Program-made: the position numbers and the translations under genes
Assembly: GCF_963921235.1 (NCBI RefSeq)
Contig: NC_086097.1
Span: 192,388,001-192,452,000 of the forward strand
Reading direction: 5' to 3'
Source: Mobula hypostoma
Taxonomy: Eukaryota
Length of the DNA: 64,000 nt
The notes under the pieces: model-generated
The model's input: only the letters and a program-made list of their open reading frames with translations
The model's database searches: none
What the model was told of the DNA's origin: nothing
Part shown: positions 25,945-38,621 of the stretch, in pieces
Layout of the letters: every line of letters starts with the position of its first letter
Position numbering within the stretch: position 1 is the first letter of the stretch

Positions 25945-26720
25945 TTTAACGGATCTTGTGCAAAGACAGTGAGGGTATTACACCTGAGTGAGTTTGGTAG
26001 AGAAGTTAGATTGCTACAGGAAAGAAGCTTTGAAGGTGATGTTGTCCTGGTGGTGAAAGACTTGTAGCAGCCCCCTGATGGCAATTTAGTGAATAGGTGA
26101 CTGCTAGGGTGGGTGGAGTCAGCAGTAATTTTTCAGCTCTTTTCTTCGCTCTGGTGATGAACTGGTCTTATTATGTTGGTACCGGACGCTAATGATCTTC
26201 TCCGCTGAGTGGACCACACATTGCAACCTGGACTTGGAGTGGGAGGAGACAGCGGGAAACTAAACAGTGATTATGGCGGTCACAACACTCTCAATGATGA
26301 TTGAGTAATAACCCATCAGGATTCACCCTGAGATGTTAAGTTTCGTAAGCTGGCGTAGGAAGAACAATCTCTGCCGGGCTTTCTTAGTGATGTGCACAAT
26401 GTGCTTGTTCCACTTTAATGTATTGGTAATGGTAGTCCCCAGGAATTTGAATGACTTTACCACAGGCACAACCTGACCATTAATTTCCAAGGGGTTTGGG
26501 GGCAAATAGTGAGTTGTCAGCAGGAGTTGATCCTCATTTCCACTGTGCTGATAGCATTAAACTAGAAGTTTGTATGAGCACATCATACTGCAAGATTTTC
26601 CACCTCTCTTTGATAGCAGGATGCATCATTTTTAGAGATGATACCAACTATAATTTTGTCATTCGCAAACGTGGAACTTTAGGAAGTTGTCTCTCAGGCC
26701 TCTCTTTATCCTGTATCTGT
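25945..26720 (-). mobile_element. Rex/Babar-like LINE RT fragment (distinct subfamily)
   Basis: VKSFKFLGTTITNTLKW..KKARQRLFFLRQL; IIESVV. Confidence 0.7.
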
Positions 26721-26806
26721 GCCATTTAGTTTTGGTACTGTGATGAATAGACAGTCACAAATAGTGCTCCAATGAACTTTGCACTACATCCCAAAGTAGT
26801 AATCTA

Positions 26807-27341
26807 TTCACAGTGGCTACCTTACTGGATACTTCCTGTACTTAATAAAGCAGCCACTGATCGCATGTTTATAGCCTTCTGTTGCTATAACCCAACTACT
26901 TCAAGGTGTGTTCAGTGATGCTCATCTGTATACTACTGTTGGAATGCATGGTTGTTTGAGTAACTGTTGCCTTCCTGTTAGTTTGAACCAGTCTGGCCAT
27001 TTTCCTCTGACCCCTCTTATTAACAAGGCATTTTCACCCAAAGAACAGTTGCTCACTTGAAGTTTTTTGTTTCTCACACCATTCTCTGTAAACTCTTACA
27101 TGAAAATCCAAGGAGGTCAGCAGTTTCTGAGATGCTCAAACCACCCTGTCTGGTAGGAATAAGCATTCCATGGCCAAAATCACTTGGATCACATTTCTTC
27201 CCCATTCTGATGTTTAGTCTGAACAACAGCTCTTAGCATTGTTTTTATGTATTGAGTAGGTGGCACATATTGGGCTGATAAAATATTTGTATTAATGAGC
27301 AGGTATACAGAGGTACCTAATCAAGTGACCACTTTAAAGTG
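26807..27341 (-). mobile_element. Tc1-like deletion derivative retaining the transposase N-terminal (HTH) region
   Basis: Minus strand from ATG at 27205: MGKKCDPSDFGHGMLIPTRQGGLSISETADLLGFS..; degenerate TIR copies (cagtggctaccttactggatac; gtacctaatcaagtgaccact..gtg) with flanking TA. Confidence 0.8.
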
Positions 27342-27369
27342 TATGATGGTCAGTACCAGAATTAGGAAC

Positions 27370-27895
27370 AGTGACTTTGTTATCAATGCTTACCAGAGCC
27401 TGGATAGCATGGATAGGAAGAATGCAATGGCAGCACAATCTAAAAAGTTATAATCTAGTCGAGCAGAGTCAGTCTGATTTCCGGTTTCGTGAAAATAAAA
27501 CTATGTTTGACAAATTTAATGATAATTTGAGGAAACTGATGATGTATGGAATGTGGACTTCCAAAAAATATTTGGCAAGATGACTCAAAAAAAATGTGGG
27601 AAGAACAAAAATAGGTGATGTATGCAACAGTAGGAGTAATGTAGAAATGAGTAATTGATGGTCCGTGTGGACCATCATAGTTCTTCCATGCTGCATTGCT
27701 TTCTGACTCTGAAGGAGTAAGTCACATATTAAGAGGCTACAGTGTTTGTAGCATATTGGCATGGACAGAGGATTGGCCAAAGGGCAAAACACAGTGAGTA
27801 GGGATAAGAGAATGATTCTGAGATTTGTAATCTGTGACCAGTGTGGTATCTTGTGATTCAGTGCTGGAACATAACTGTTTGCAGTAGATATTGGT
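27370..27895 (+). mobile_element. Very degenerate CR1 RT fragment
   Basis: HNLKSYNLVEQSQSDF, DFQKIFGK, WIEDWPKGKTQ resemble CR1 RT motifs. Confidence 0.5.
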
Positions 27896-28629
27896 GATCT
27901 GATAAATTGAAGCATTCAGAACGTTTAAAAATGAATGTATTGATCTATTCAGCCTGCCTCTGGAAGGCATGGGAGTTGTAGGGAAAGCTGGTTACATCCT
28001 TTTGTCAATGAGAAAGAGCGAGGAACAAGTTATTGCAACAACAGGGAAATATGTGAACCGGAGAATAAAAATTCTGACAAGATCTTTTTTTTTCAAAAAA
28101 ATAAGATCCATACGCATCTTAAGCCAGATCAAATTATGGAATTTATAGCTATGTAATGTAAAATGCTGAAATTGGAACCAAGTGAGTCCTTTATTGAATT
28201 CCTTAAATGGCTTGGGGAAACAGAGTAGATGCCAATTCAAAGACACAGATTAAATGTCAGTAAATCGGTTCATTTAGAATTTGGCATGTTCAGACATGCA
28301 GAAATCTTTGATCAGGACAGCAGAACTCACTGTATTACTGGCTGTGGATTTGGTCATAGTACAGAAGCCACAAGTAGACAGGTGCCATCATTAGTTATGG
28401 AAAAGAAAGCAATGTGAATGATTTTAGATAAGATACGAATGAAAAATAAACGGTAAGATACATACAGAGGAGCTGCGGATGATCTCATGAGCTTACGGGA
28501 GAAAATAATTGCACGTGACATGTTCAAACCTCGGATTGTGCAAATCATAAATGAATATATGTAGAGGAAGTACAAAGGAAGAATAAAAGGACAAAGTTTT
28601 GCTGAACTAATTTAAATTAGTAATCAAAT

Positions 28630-29430
28630 AAATGAATTCCTCCTGTGCACACAATGTCCATATCCTTCCATTTCCTGCACATCCATACTCCTATCTTAGA
28701 GCCTGTTCTATTTGTCTCCATCTCAACTCCAGGCAGTGTATTCCAGGCACCAAGCACTCTGTGTAAAACTGAAACTTGCCTTGCACATCCCCTTTGAACT
28801 TATCCCCACTCTCCTCAAATGCATGCCCTCTGACATTAGACATTTCAGCCTCTGGCAAAAAGATACTCTCTATCTACCTACTCTAACTAAGCCTCTCTAC
28901 CAGATCTTCCTTCAGCCTCTGCCTCTCCAGAGTAAACAACCCAAAACTGTAATCTGTCCAACCTTTTCTTATGGCACATGCATTCTAATGCATGCAGAAT
29001 CCTCTTCTGCACCCAAAACTTCAACAAATTCCTACAATGGAACCACCAGAATTGAAGGAAATACTCCAGACGCTGTCTAACTTGAGTTTTATAAAGCTTT
29101 AACATAACTTTCAAACTCTTGAACTCATTGTTCCAACTAGTAAAGGCAAGTGCATCATAGGCCACCTTTATCACCCTCTCCACCTGGGTAGCCACTTCCA
29201 GTGTGTCAACACTGTTAAGGGGTTTGCTATTAACAGTGTACTGTCGTTTTACATCTGATCTCCAAAGTACAACACTTCACATTTGGCAAGGTTCAACTCC
29301 ATCTGCCATTTCATCACTGATACCTGCATTTGATCTACGTCCAGCTGTGTCAGTCTTCTACCCATCACAATGCCACCAATCTTCACATCATCTGCAAATT
29401 TACAAATCTGCTCGTCTATGTTTAGACCTA
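28630..29430 (-). mobile_element. CR1 3' end, degenerate
   Basis: ATQVERVIKVAYDALAF..MLKLYKTQVRQRLEYFLQFW; FADDVK near 29390. Confidence 0.75.
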
Positions 29431-30050
29431 GCTTAATTTCCTAGAAGTGAACACTACCATGGATTACCTAGTCCAACCATGTAAATAACACATCCAAGAA
29501 AGCTCACAAATCCCACCACTACCTCAGGAGGATAAAGAAATTTGCCAGGTTTATGTCAACCCAAACCAAAGAAAAAATCCTATCTTGATGTATCAGTTTG
29601 GTATGGCAACTGCTCTGTCATGACAACAAGAAACAACAGACCTGTGGGCACAGCTCAGAACATCACAGAAATCAGCCTCGCCTCCATGGACTCTGTCTAC
29701 ACTTGTCACTGCTTCACTAAAGTAACCAGCATAATGTAAGACCCTGCCCACCCCAGACCTTCTTTCTTCTGTCCTCTCCCATCAGGCTGAAGATACAAAA
29801 CCTTTAAAGTACCTACCACCAGGATCAAGGACAGCTTCTACCCTGTTATAAGACTATTACATGGTTCCTTAGCATGATGAAATCTACCTCATTATAATCT
29901 TGTGCCTTATTGTCTACCTGTACGGCACTTTCTCTGATACACTTTATTCGGCATTCTTTTATTATTTTACCTTGTACTACCTCTAATGTACTGTACAATG
30001 AATTGATCTGTATGAATAGTACGTAAGTCAAGTTTTCTACTCTATCTTTG
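29430..30050 (+). mobile_element. Rex/Babar-like LINE 3' part, degenerate
   Basis: SVWYGNCS, TAQNITEISLASMDSVYT, PSG*RYK, RIKDSFYP, then 3' UTR. Confidence 0.7.
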
Positions 30051-31374
30051 TATACCAATATCCGTATCAATACCCTGGAACATTAAGCATCCATTCATAT
30101 CCTGCTCTCAACCAAGACTCTGTTAAGGCCACAATGTCATAGTTCCATATACTGAGCCATGCTTGAAGTTCATTACCCTTACTATAATACTCCTAGCATT
30201 AAAATGCACACACTTCATTGTATGTCTTTACCTTCGCTGCTCTTACTGGCTATGACGTTTACCTAACCTTCAATCCTTCCATTTTCTAACCTGGTGCTCT
30301 GATTCCCATCACCATCGAAAAACCATTTTAAACCCTCCATTTAAACCATTTAAATGCAAGTTAAAGTAAAGTATGCTCATTATATAACTAGAGTAAAAAG
30401 GAAATAACTAAAGGGAAACAGTGAGTGGACTGATTTTGTTTTCTAAGGGGAAAAAAGAGAATGTTTGATAAAAATACTCAAAACTAGTAAAGAGTTCAAT
30501 ATATTGGATTTGGAGAAACTCTTTCATCGTGTCTCATTCAATTTTAGAGATTTCCTATCAGATTAAATACAAACATTTGTAGTTTATTGCATTATCCATC
30601 AGATGAAACACATTCAAACAATTAAATATATCCATACATTCCAGGGAATCAATTATTGGGATTTTTAAGTATCACTGGTGTCATGCCAATTTACTTAATA
30701 GCAGTGAACATAAAGAAAAACGTCACATGATCAACTTTGTGAAGTGTGATTGTGTAATATTTGGCACTCAGAAGCAAGACCACTTTGCCAAGGTTGATTA
30801 AGAGTCTCAGCAATAGGTGGTTGGGAACTGGTAGGCAACATCAGGGTTTGGAGTGTTCTGCCTTTGTGTTTCAGATAGAAAGTATATGTTGTATAGTTGA
30901 AGGAGAACCATTAAACTAAACTAAAATAAAGAGCAGGAATAGAATCAACAAGGGTGGGATGGTGGGCACAGATTCATGAAATTAAAATACAGTTAAAAAA
31001 CTAAAAATATGAAAACAGTGGGGGCACCAAAATTAATTCAGTTCATGTGTAGTTCTTTGAAACATTTCAGAGTATCGTAAACACAAGAGGTTGTGTAGAT
31101 GCTTGAAATCCAGAGCAAAATATACAAAATGCTAAAATGTAGAGGAACTCAGCAGGTCAGGCAGCATCGTCAGGCAGCATCAAATGAATAAACAGTTAAC
31201 ATATTGGGCTGAGACCTTTCATCAGGACTGGAAAGCAAGGGGGAAGATGCCAGGGGAGAAAAGGTGGGGGAGAGAAATGAGGACTAGCTAGAAAATAATA
31301 TGTGATGCCAGGTGGGTGAGGAAGGTAAAGGGATGGAGAAGAGGAATCTGATAGAAGAGGACAGTGGATCATGT

Positions 31375-32778
31375 TTCAGATATATGAAGAGTGGAAGAGA
31401 CACGAGTAGATGTTGGACTGTAGGAAAATGACACTGGAGGGGAAGTAATAGGGGACAAGGAAGTAGCGGATGAACTGAATAAGTACTTTGCATCAGTCTT
31501 CACTGTGGAATACACTAACAGTATGCCAGAAGTTCAAGTATCAGTAGGCAAAAGTGAGTGCAGTTCTATTATTAGGAAGAAGGTGCTTGGGAAGCTGAAA
31601 AGTCTGAAGTTACACAAGTCACTTAGACCAGATTGATTACATCCCAGGGTTCTGAAAAGAGGTAGCTGAGGAGATTGTGGATGCATTAGTAATGATCTTT
31701 CAAGAATCACTCGTTTTTGGCATGGTTCTGGAGGACTTTGAAATTGGAGGAAGGTAGAGGAAAGGAAATTATGGACCAGTTAGCCGAACCTCAGTGGGAA
31801 GATGTTGGAGTTCATTGTTAAGGATGAGGTTTCAGGGTACTTGGTAATAAAATAGGCCAAGGCAGCATGGTTACCTTAAGGGTAAATCTTGCTTGACAAA
31901 TCTGTTGGAATTCTTTGAAGAACGAACAAGCAAGATAGACAAAGGAGAACCAATGAATGTTCATGGACTTTCAGAAGGCCTTTGACAAGGTGCCAAACAT
32001 GAGGCTGGTTAACAAGATAAGAGAACATGGTTTTACAGGAAAGATACTGGACTGGCTGAATAAAGGGAAATTAAAAAATCTGAGGTGCAAAGGGATTTGG
32101 TTGTCCTTGCGTAGGATTTCCTACAGGTTACCTTGCAGGTTGAGATGGAGGTGAGGAAGGCAAATTGAATGCTAGCGTTCATTGTGAGAGAACTAGAATA
32201 TAAAAGCAAGGATGTAATGCTGAGGCTTTATAAGCACTGATGAGGCCTCACTTGGAGTACTGTGAGCAAAATTGGGCCCCTTATTTAGGAAAGGATGCGC
32301 TGACATTGGAGAGGGTATAGAGAAGGTTATGAGAATGATTCCAGGAATGAAAGGGTTAACCTATGAGGAGTGTTTGATGACCTGGCCTGTACTTGCTGGA
32401 AATTAGAAGGTGGTAGAGGGAGCATCTCATTGAAACCTATCGAATGTTGAAAGGCCGAGAGTGGGCGTGGACAAGAATAGTGGGGAAGTCTAAGACCAGA
32501 GAGCACAGTCTCAGAATAGAGGGATGACAATTTAGAATGGAGATAAGGTGGATTGTCTTTCAGCAGAGAGTGATGAACATGAGGAATGCATTCCCATAGG
32601 TGACCGTGGGTGCTTGAACATTGGGAGTATTTAAGACCGAGGTTGATGGGTTCTTGATTAGTCAGAGTATTGAAAGATTATGGGGAGAAGGCAGAAGAAT
32701 GGGGTTGAGAGGCATGATGAAATGGTGGAGCATACTCTGGGCTGAATGGCCTTATTCTGCTCCTAGGTCTTATGATAT
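31375..32778 (+). mobile_element. CR1 LINE (5'-truncated, internally deleted) inserted in the PLE terminal region
   Basis: MDFQKAFDKVP, RPHLEYC; tail ggtcttatg; PLE flanks ggatcatg|..atgggagaaag rejoin. Confidence 0.85.
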
Positions 32779-33313
32779 AATGGGAGAAAGAGAGGCACCA
32801 AGGGCACCTAATAGGCAGGTGAGAAGAAGAGGTAAGAGCCAGAGAGGAGAACAGAAGAAGGGGCAAGGGGGAGGGGAAGAAAATTTATTGGAAAGAGAAA
32901 TCGATGTTCAGGCCACCAGTTGGAGGCTCCCAATATGAGATGTTGCTCCTCCACCCTGAATGTGGCCTCATCATGGCAAAATAGGAGGTCATGGACCAAC
33001 ATGTTGGAATGGGAATGGGCTTAGAGGTTAAAATGGTTGGCGTCTGGGAAATTTCTGATGGAAGGAGTAGAGGTGCCCAACAAAGCAGTGCCCCAATTTA
33101 TATCGGATCTCACCAATATATAGGAGGCTATGTCTGGGGCACCTGGTACAATCGTCATCATCATCATCATCAGGTGCCATGCCCAGTTTGAGCTTTGACT
33201 GCCATGGCCTACGCACTCCTGTTTTGGGTGAAGTGGATCAATTCATTGGTATTCATTTCCAGTTCTCTGGCTGCTGTCTCCATCATCATTTGTCTTTGCC
33301 TTCCTTTTGCTTT

Positions 33314-34748
33314 CTACCCTTCAATCTTTCCCATAATTACCGTGCATTCTAACTCCTCTTTCCTAATCACATGTCCAATGAAGTTATGTTGCCCTTTCAT
33401 GATCTCATATATTATTTCTCTTTTTGTGTTTGTTCTGTTCATGACATCCTCGTTAGATATTCGTTTCATCCATGATATTCTTTGCATCTTCCTCAAAAAC
33501 CACATCTCTGGTGCTACAATTTGTTTCCTCATGTTACTAGATATTGTCCAACATTCTGAGCCATATAACATAACTGGATAAAGGTAACATTTCGGTACTC
33601 TGAGGTGGGTTGTCATGCCTAGTTTAGTGTTGGTCAGTATACTCTTCATTCTCATAAAAGTGTCTTTTGCCATCCCTATTCTTCTTTTGACGTCCAAGTC
33701 GCACCTGCCATCTGATGTCACCCAGCTTCCTAAGTAGCAAAATTTCTTTACTTGTTTTATGTCTTCCCCATTTATTCTCAGCCTGCAGATAGGATTCTCC
33801 TTCTTTTTGGATATCACCATACATTCTGTCTTTTTACAATTGATAGATAGACCCATTTTTTTACTTTCTTCAGCAATTGTATCAACTAAGTATTGTAGTT
33901 CTTCCTCTGTACTTGCAATTAACAGTGTCATCTGCATATCTGAAACTATTGATGTTTTCACCACCAACTTTGATTCCCAAGATGTCTCTTATTTTTTGTA
34001 ATATTGTTTCACTGTACACATTAAATAAATCAGGGGAGAAAACACACCCTTGTCTAACGCCTCTCTTGATTTTCGTAAACTGACTCACTTCTCCATCTAT
34101 TCTTACAGCGGCAGTTTGTTCCCAGTACAGATTTCTGATTAGGCGGAAGTCTTTCGAATCTAGGTCTAGAGTTTTCTGTAATATTTCAAGTAAGTTATTG
34201 TGCTTCACTTTATCAAATGCTTTTGTATAGTCAATAAAACAAACAAACAAATCTTTTTGCAATTGATTAGCTCGTTCTGATAGTATCCTTAACATCAATA
34301 TTGTGTTTCTTGTACTTTTGTCTTTCTCAAATCCACATTGTTCTTTGTCTATTTCAGCTTGTGTCTTACTTTTAACTCTTGTCATCAAAATTCTTAGTAG
34401 TATCTTGGTGATATGACTCATTAAACTTATGGTCCTATGTATGTCACATTCTATCGCTCCAACTTTCTTAGGAAAAGTGATAAATACTGATTTTTTCATC
34501 TCTTCTGGTATTATTCTAGTCTCATAAATGTCATTGATTAAATCAGTAAGTTTTTCAATTCCATAATCTTCAAGGGCAATAATTTGTTCTATTACTAATT
34601 CATCAGGACCTGCTGCCTTTCCATTCTTCATCTTATTTATTGCATTACGAACTTCAGATTTTAAAATACTTGGAGCTTCAATTTTTTTCTTAATTTCTGG
34701 TTTTTCACCTTGATTGTCTTCCTGAATATACGCAGTCCATTTGTTCAT
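33314..34748 (-). pseudogene. RTE reverse transcriptase, one frameshift just after YADD
   Basis: RTISLMSHITKILL, CFIDYTKAFDKV, RGVRQGCVFSPDLFNVYSE, FRYADDT, FCYLGS, YGSECWT, FIGHVIR. Confidence 0.9.
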
Positions 34749-34758
34749 AATCTCATCT

Positions 34759-37395
34759 CATCTGATGATGATGGTAAGAATTGGAGGAGATGACAATTGA
34801 ATGCATGGCTGAGGAGTTGGTGCAGGGGGCAGGGTTTTAGATTTTTGGATCATTGGGATCTCTTCTGGGGAAGGTGGGACCTGTACAGATTGGATGGGTT
34901 GCACCTGAACTTGAGGGGGAGCAATATCCTTGCAGGTAGGTTTGCTAGCATGGTTCAGGAGGGTTTAAACTAATTTGCAAGGGGGATGGGACCTGGAGAG
35001 ATAGAGCAGTGAAAGAAGTGCATGGAGTAAAGCCAGATCTAACATATAGAGAGGCTTTGAGGAAAGAGAAGCAGAATAAACGGTGTAAAGACAGTAAGGT
35101 AGAAGGGCTGAAGTGTGTGTACCTCAATGCAAGAAGCATCAGGAACACAGATGATGAACTGAGAGCTTGGATACATACATGGAATTATGATGTAGTGGCC
35201 ATTACAGAGACTTGGCTGGCACCAGGGCAGGAATGGATTCTCAATATCCCTGGATTTCAGTGCTTTAAAAGGGATAGAGAGGGGGGTGAAAGGGGGAGGA
35301 GTGGGGGCATTACTGGTTAGGGATACTATTACAGCTACAGAAAGGGTGGGTAATGTAGCAGGATCCTCTTTTGAGAGACCACCACTCCCTGGCCTTTAGG
35401 ATTATCATGGGAAAGCATAGAATCAGAGAGGACAGGAAATTTTTTAATTGGGGAAGGGCAGCATACATGAGGTTTAGGAAGCAAGGTTCAGATGGGTCTA
35501 TTGAGGAATATAGGGAAGCAAGAAAGGAGCATAAGAAGGGGCTGAGGAGAGCAAGAAGGGGGCATAAGAAGGCCCTGGCGAGTAGGGTAAAGGAAAACCC
35601 CAAGGCATTCTTCAATTATGTGAAGAACAAAAGGTGACAGGAGTGAAGGTAGGACCAATTAGAGATAAAGATGGGAAGATGTGCTTGGAGGCTGTGGAAG
35701 TGAGCGAGGTCCTCAATGAATACTTCTTTTTGGTATTCACCAATGAGAGGGAACTTGATGGCGGTGAGCACAATATGAGTAAGGTTGATGTTCGGGAGCA
35801 TGTTGATATTAAGGGAGAGGAGGTGTTGGAGTTGTTAAAATACATTAGGACGGATAAGTCCCCAGGGCCTGACAGAATATTCCACAGGCTGCTCCACGAG
35901 GCGAGGGAAGAGATTGCTGAGCCTCTGGCTAGGATCTTTATGTCCTCATTGCCCATGGGAATGGTACCAGAGGACTGGAGGGAGGCGAATGTTGTTCCCT
36001 TGTTCAGAAAATATAGTAAGGATAGTCCGGGTAATTATAGACGAGTGAACCTTACGTCTGTGGTGGGAAAGCTGTTGGAAAAGATTCTTAGAGATAGGAT
36101 CTATGGGCATTTAGAGAATCATGGTCTGATCAGGGACAGTCAGCATAGCTTTGTGAAGGGCAGATCGCATCTAACAAGCCTGATAGAGTTCTTTGAGGAG
36201 GTGACCAGGCATATAGATGAGGGTAGTGCAGTGGATGTGATCTATATGGATTTTAGTAAGGCATTTGACAAGGTTCCACAAGCTAGGCTTATTCAGAAAT
36301 TCGGAAGGCATGGGATCCGGGGAAGTTTGGCCGGGTGGATTCAGAATTGGCTTGCTTGCAGAAGGCAAAGGGTCATGGTGGAGGGAGTACATTCAGATTG
36401 GAGGATTGTGAATAGTGGTGTCCCACAAGGATCAATTCTGGATCCTCTACTTTTCGTGATTTTTATTAACGACCTGGATGTGGGGGTAGAAGGGTGGGTT
36501 GGCAAGTTTGCAGATGACACAAAGGTTGGTGGTGTTGTAGATAGTATAGAGGATTGTCGAAGGCTGCAGAGAGACATTGACAGGATGCAGAAGTGGGTTG
36601 AGAAGTGGCAGATGGAGTTCAAGCCAGAGAAGTGTGAGGTGATACACTTTGGAAGGACAAACTCCAAGGCAGAGTACAAAGTAAATGGCAGGATACTTGG
36701 TAGTGTGGAGGAGCAGAGGGATCTCGGGGTACATGTCCACAGATCCCTGAAAGTTGCCTCACAGGTGGATAGGGTAGTTAAGAAAGCTTATGGGGTGTTA
36801 GCTTTCATAAGTCGAGGGATAGAGTTTAAGAGTCGCGATGTAATGATGCAGCTCTATGAAATTCTGGTTAGGCCACACTTGGGGTACGGTGTCCAGTTCT
36901 GGGCGCCTCACTATAGGAAGGATGTGGAAGCTTTGGAAAGGGTACAGATGAGATTTACCAGGATGCTGCCTGTTTTGGAGAGCATGCATTATGATCAGAG
37001 ATTAAGGGTGCTAGGGCTTTGCTTTTTGGAGAGAAGGAGGATGAGAGGAGACATGATAGAGGTGTACAAGATATTAAGAGGAATAGATAGAGTGGATAGC
37101 CAGCACCTCTTCTCCAGGGCATCACTGCTTAATACAAGAGGACATGGCTTTAAGGTAAGGGGTGGGAAGTTCAAGGGCGAAATTAGAGGAAGATTTTTTT
37201 TACTCAGAGAGTGGTTGGTGTGTGGAATGCACTGCCTCAGTCAGTGGTGGAGGCAGATACACTAGAGAAATTTAAGAGACTACTAGACAGGTATATGGAG
37301 GAATTTAAGTTGGGCGGTTATATGGGAGGCAGGGTTTGAGGGTCGGCACAACATTGTGGGTCGAAGGGCCTGTACGGTGCTGTACCATTCTATGT
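34759..37395 (+). mobile_element. CR1 LINE, young, 5'-truncated in ORF1, with two internal deletions
   Basis: End of ORF1, LKCVYLNARSIRN endonuclease start, long RT ORF, tail ending ctatgt; highly similar to 45687-49120. Confidence 0.92.
35634..37265 (+). pseudogene. CR1 ORF2 reverse transcriptase, 543-codon open segment
   Basis: YMDFSKAFDKVP, SGVPQGSILDPLLFVIFINDL, KFADDTK, RDLGVHV; endonuclease domain disrupted upstream and frameshift near the C-terminus. Confidence 0.9.
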
Positions 37396-38220
37396 TTTTC
37401 CATGATAATGGTACAGTCCTTTGCTTTCAAACATCCACCTGAAGAACAGAGGAGCTTTTTACTTGGTACAATAGATAATCCCAACAGTTTCACAGGTGCT
37501 GTACTGCCTCACCTGGAAGGACTGTTTAGAGTGATGAACGGAGGTAAGAGAGGAGGTGAATGGGCAGATGTAGCATTTCTGTCACTTGCAAGAATGTGTG
37601 CCAGAAGAGAAATTAGTGGGTACGGACAAATGGAAAGGGAATCACGGAGAGAGTGATCCATACAGAAAGTGGCAGGAAGGTAAAGGTGTGTTTGATAGTG
37701 GCGTCCCATTGACAACAGTGAAAGTTGCAGAGAATGATATGTTGGATGCAGAGGCTCATGGGGTGGAAGGTGAAGATGAGGAACTCTCCTTGTTGAAGCT
37801 CTATCCCTATAAAGGGAAGCTGGGGTGAGTGTGGATGTTCAGGAAATGGAGGAGGTGTGGGTAAGGGTAGTATCAATGGAGGAGGACATCTCTGATGTCC
37901 TGGAAAGTAGTTTCATCTTGGGAACAGATGCAGCAGAGACTAAAGATCCATGAAAAGGAAATTGCATTTTTACAGGAGACAGGGTGGGATGAGTTATAGT
38001 TAAGATAGCCATGGGAATTGGTAGGATTATAAAATATGTCAGTTGACAGTTTGTATCCAAAGATATGAGAAAGAGGAGAGGTGTCAGAAATGAAGCAAGT
38101 GAATTTAAGGGCAGGGTGGAAATTGGATACAAAGTTGATTACATTGATGAGCTTTGCATGGGTACATGAAGCAGCACCAATGCAGTCATCAATTTAGTGT
38201 AGAAAGAGTTGTGGAGCATT

Positions 38221-38621
38221 GTTGTTACATGAATAAAGTCTGTGGAGAAAAGTACTGGGGATATGAATCAACTTCTTTATTCGACAAAACAAGATACAAT
38301 AGGCATCATACAGACACACTTTCGGTGGAAGGGTCTGGGTGGCCCAACGTGGGGCTCAATATTCTATGTGCTAAACATCAAAAGACTATCCATATTTACA
38401 ATGTATCCATAATGCTTTCTTTGAAGCTACACACAGACTTTACACATCCCGGTTTGTTGAGATATCTGAATGAATTTTAATCAGAGTCTGGTCTATGATT
38501 CAAGCCTGTTGTTCAGAGCTGCATGTTAAATTAAAGCAACAATTTATATTCAGATTTGAAGATGGGTGGCTGAAGTTCTTTGCTAAATGTAAGTATGCTA
38601 AATGCAAAAATCACTCTAACA
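38221..38621 (-). mobile_element. Probable solo LTR (~400 bp) inserted in the PLE RT region
   Basis: 4-bp duplication CATT (38217-20 / 38622-25); minus strand begins TGTTAG and ends GTAACAAC; AATAAA on minus near 38276-81; PLE resumes on both sides. Confidence 0.6.

Larger units (their letters stand above)
33153..37460 (-). mobile_element. RTE-clade LINE, 5'-truncated, split by a CR1 (RTE parts 33153-34758 and 37396-37460)
   Basis: (GAT)n tail at 33153-33172; 12-bp TSD acctggtacaat (33141-52) / acttggtacaat (37461-72); the frame TIIMEK|DEIMNKW rejoins across the CR1. Confidence 0.9.

Noticed and set aside
28229..28563. Protein-like frame (..GAADDLMSLREKIIARDMFKPRIVQIINEYM)
   Set aside because: Interrupted by two stops and I recognise no homolog; a tBLASTn search would be needed.
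35612..36989. Several minus-strand ORFs that recur at 47335-48459
   Set aside because: Antisense shadows of the CR1 RT frame, repeated because the CR1 copies are paralogous.
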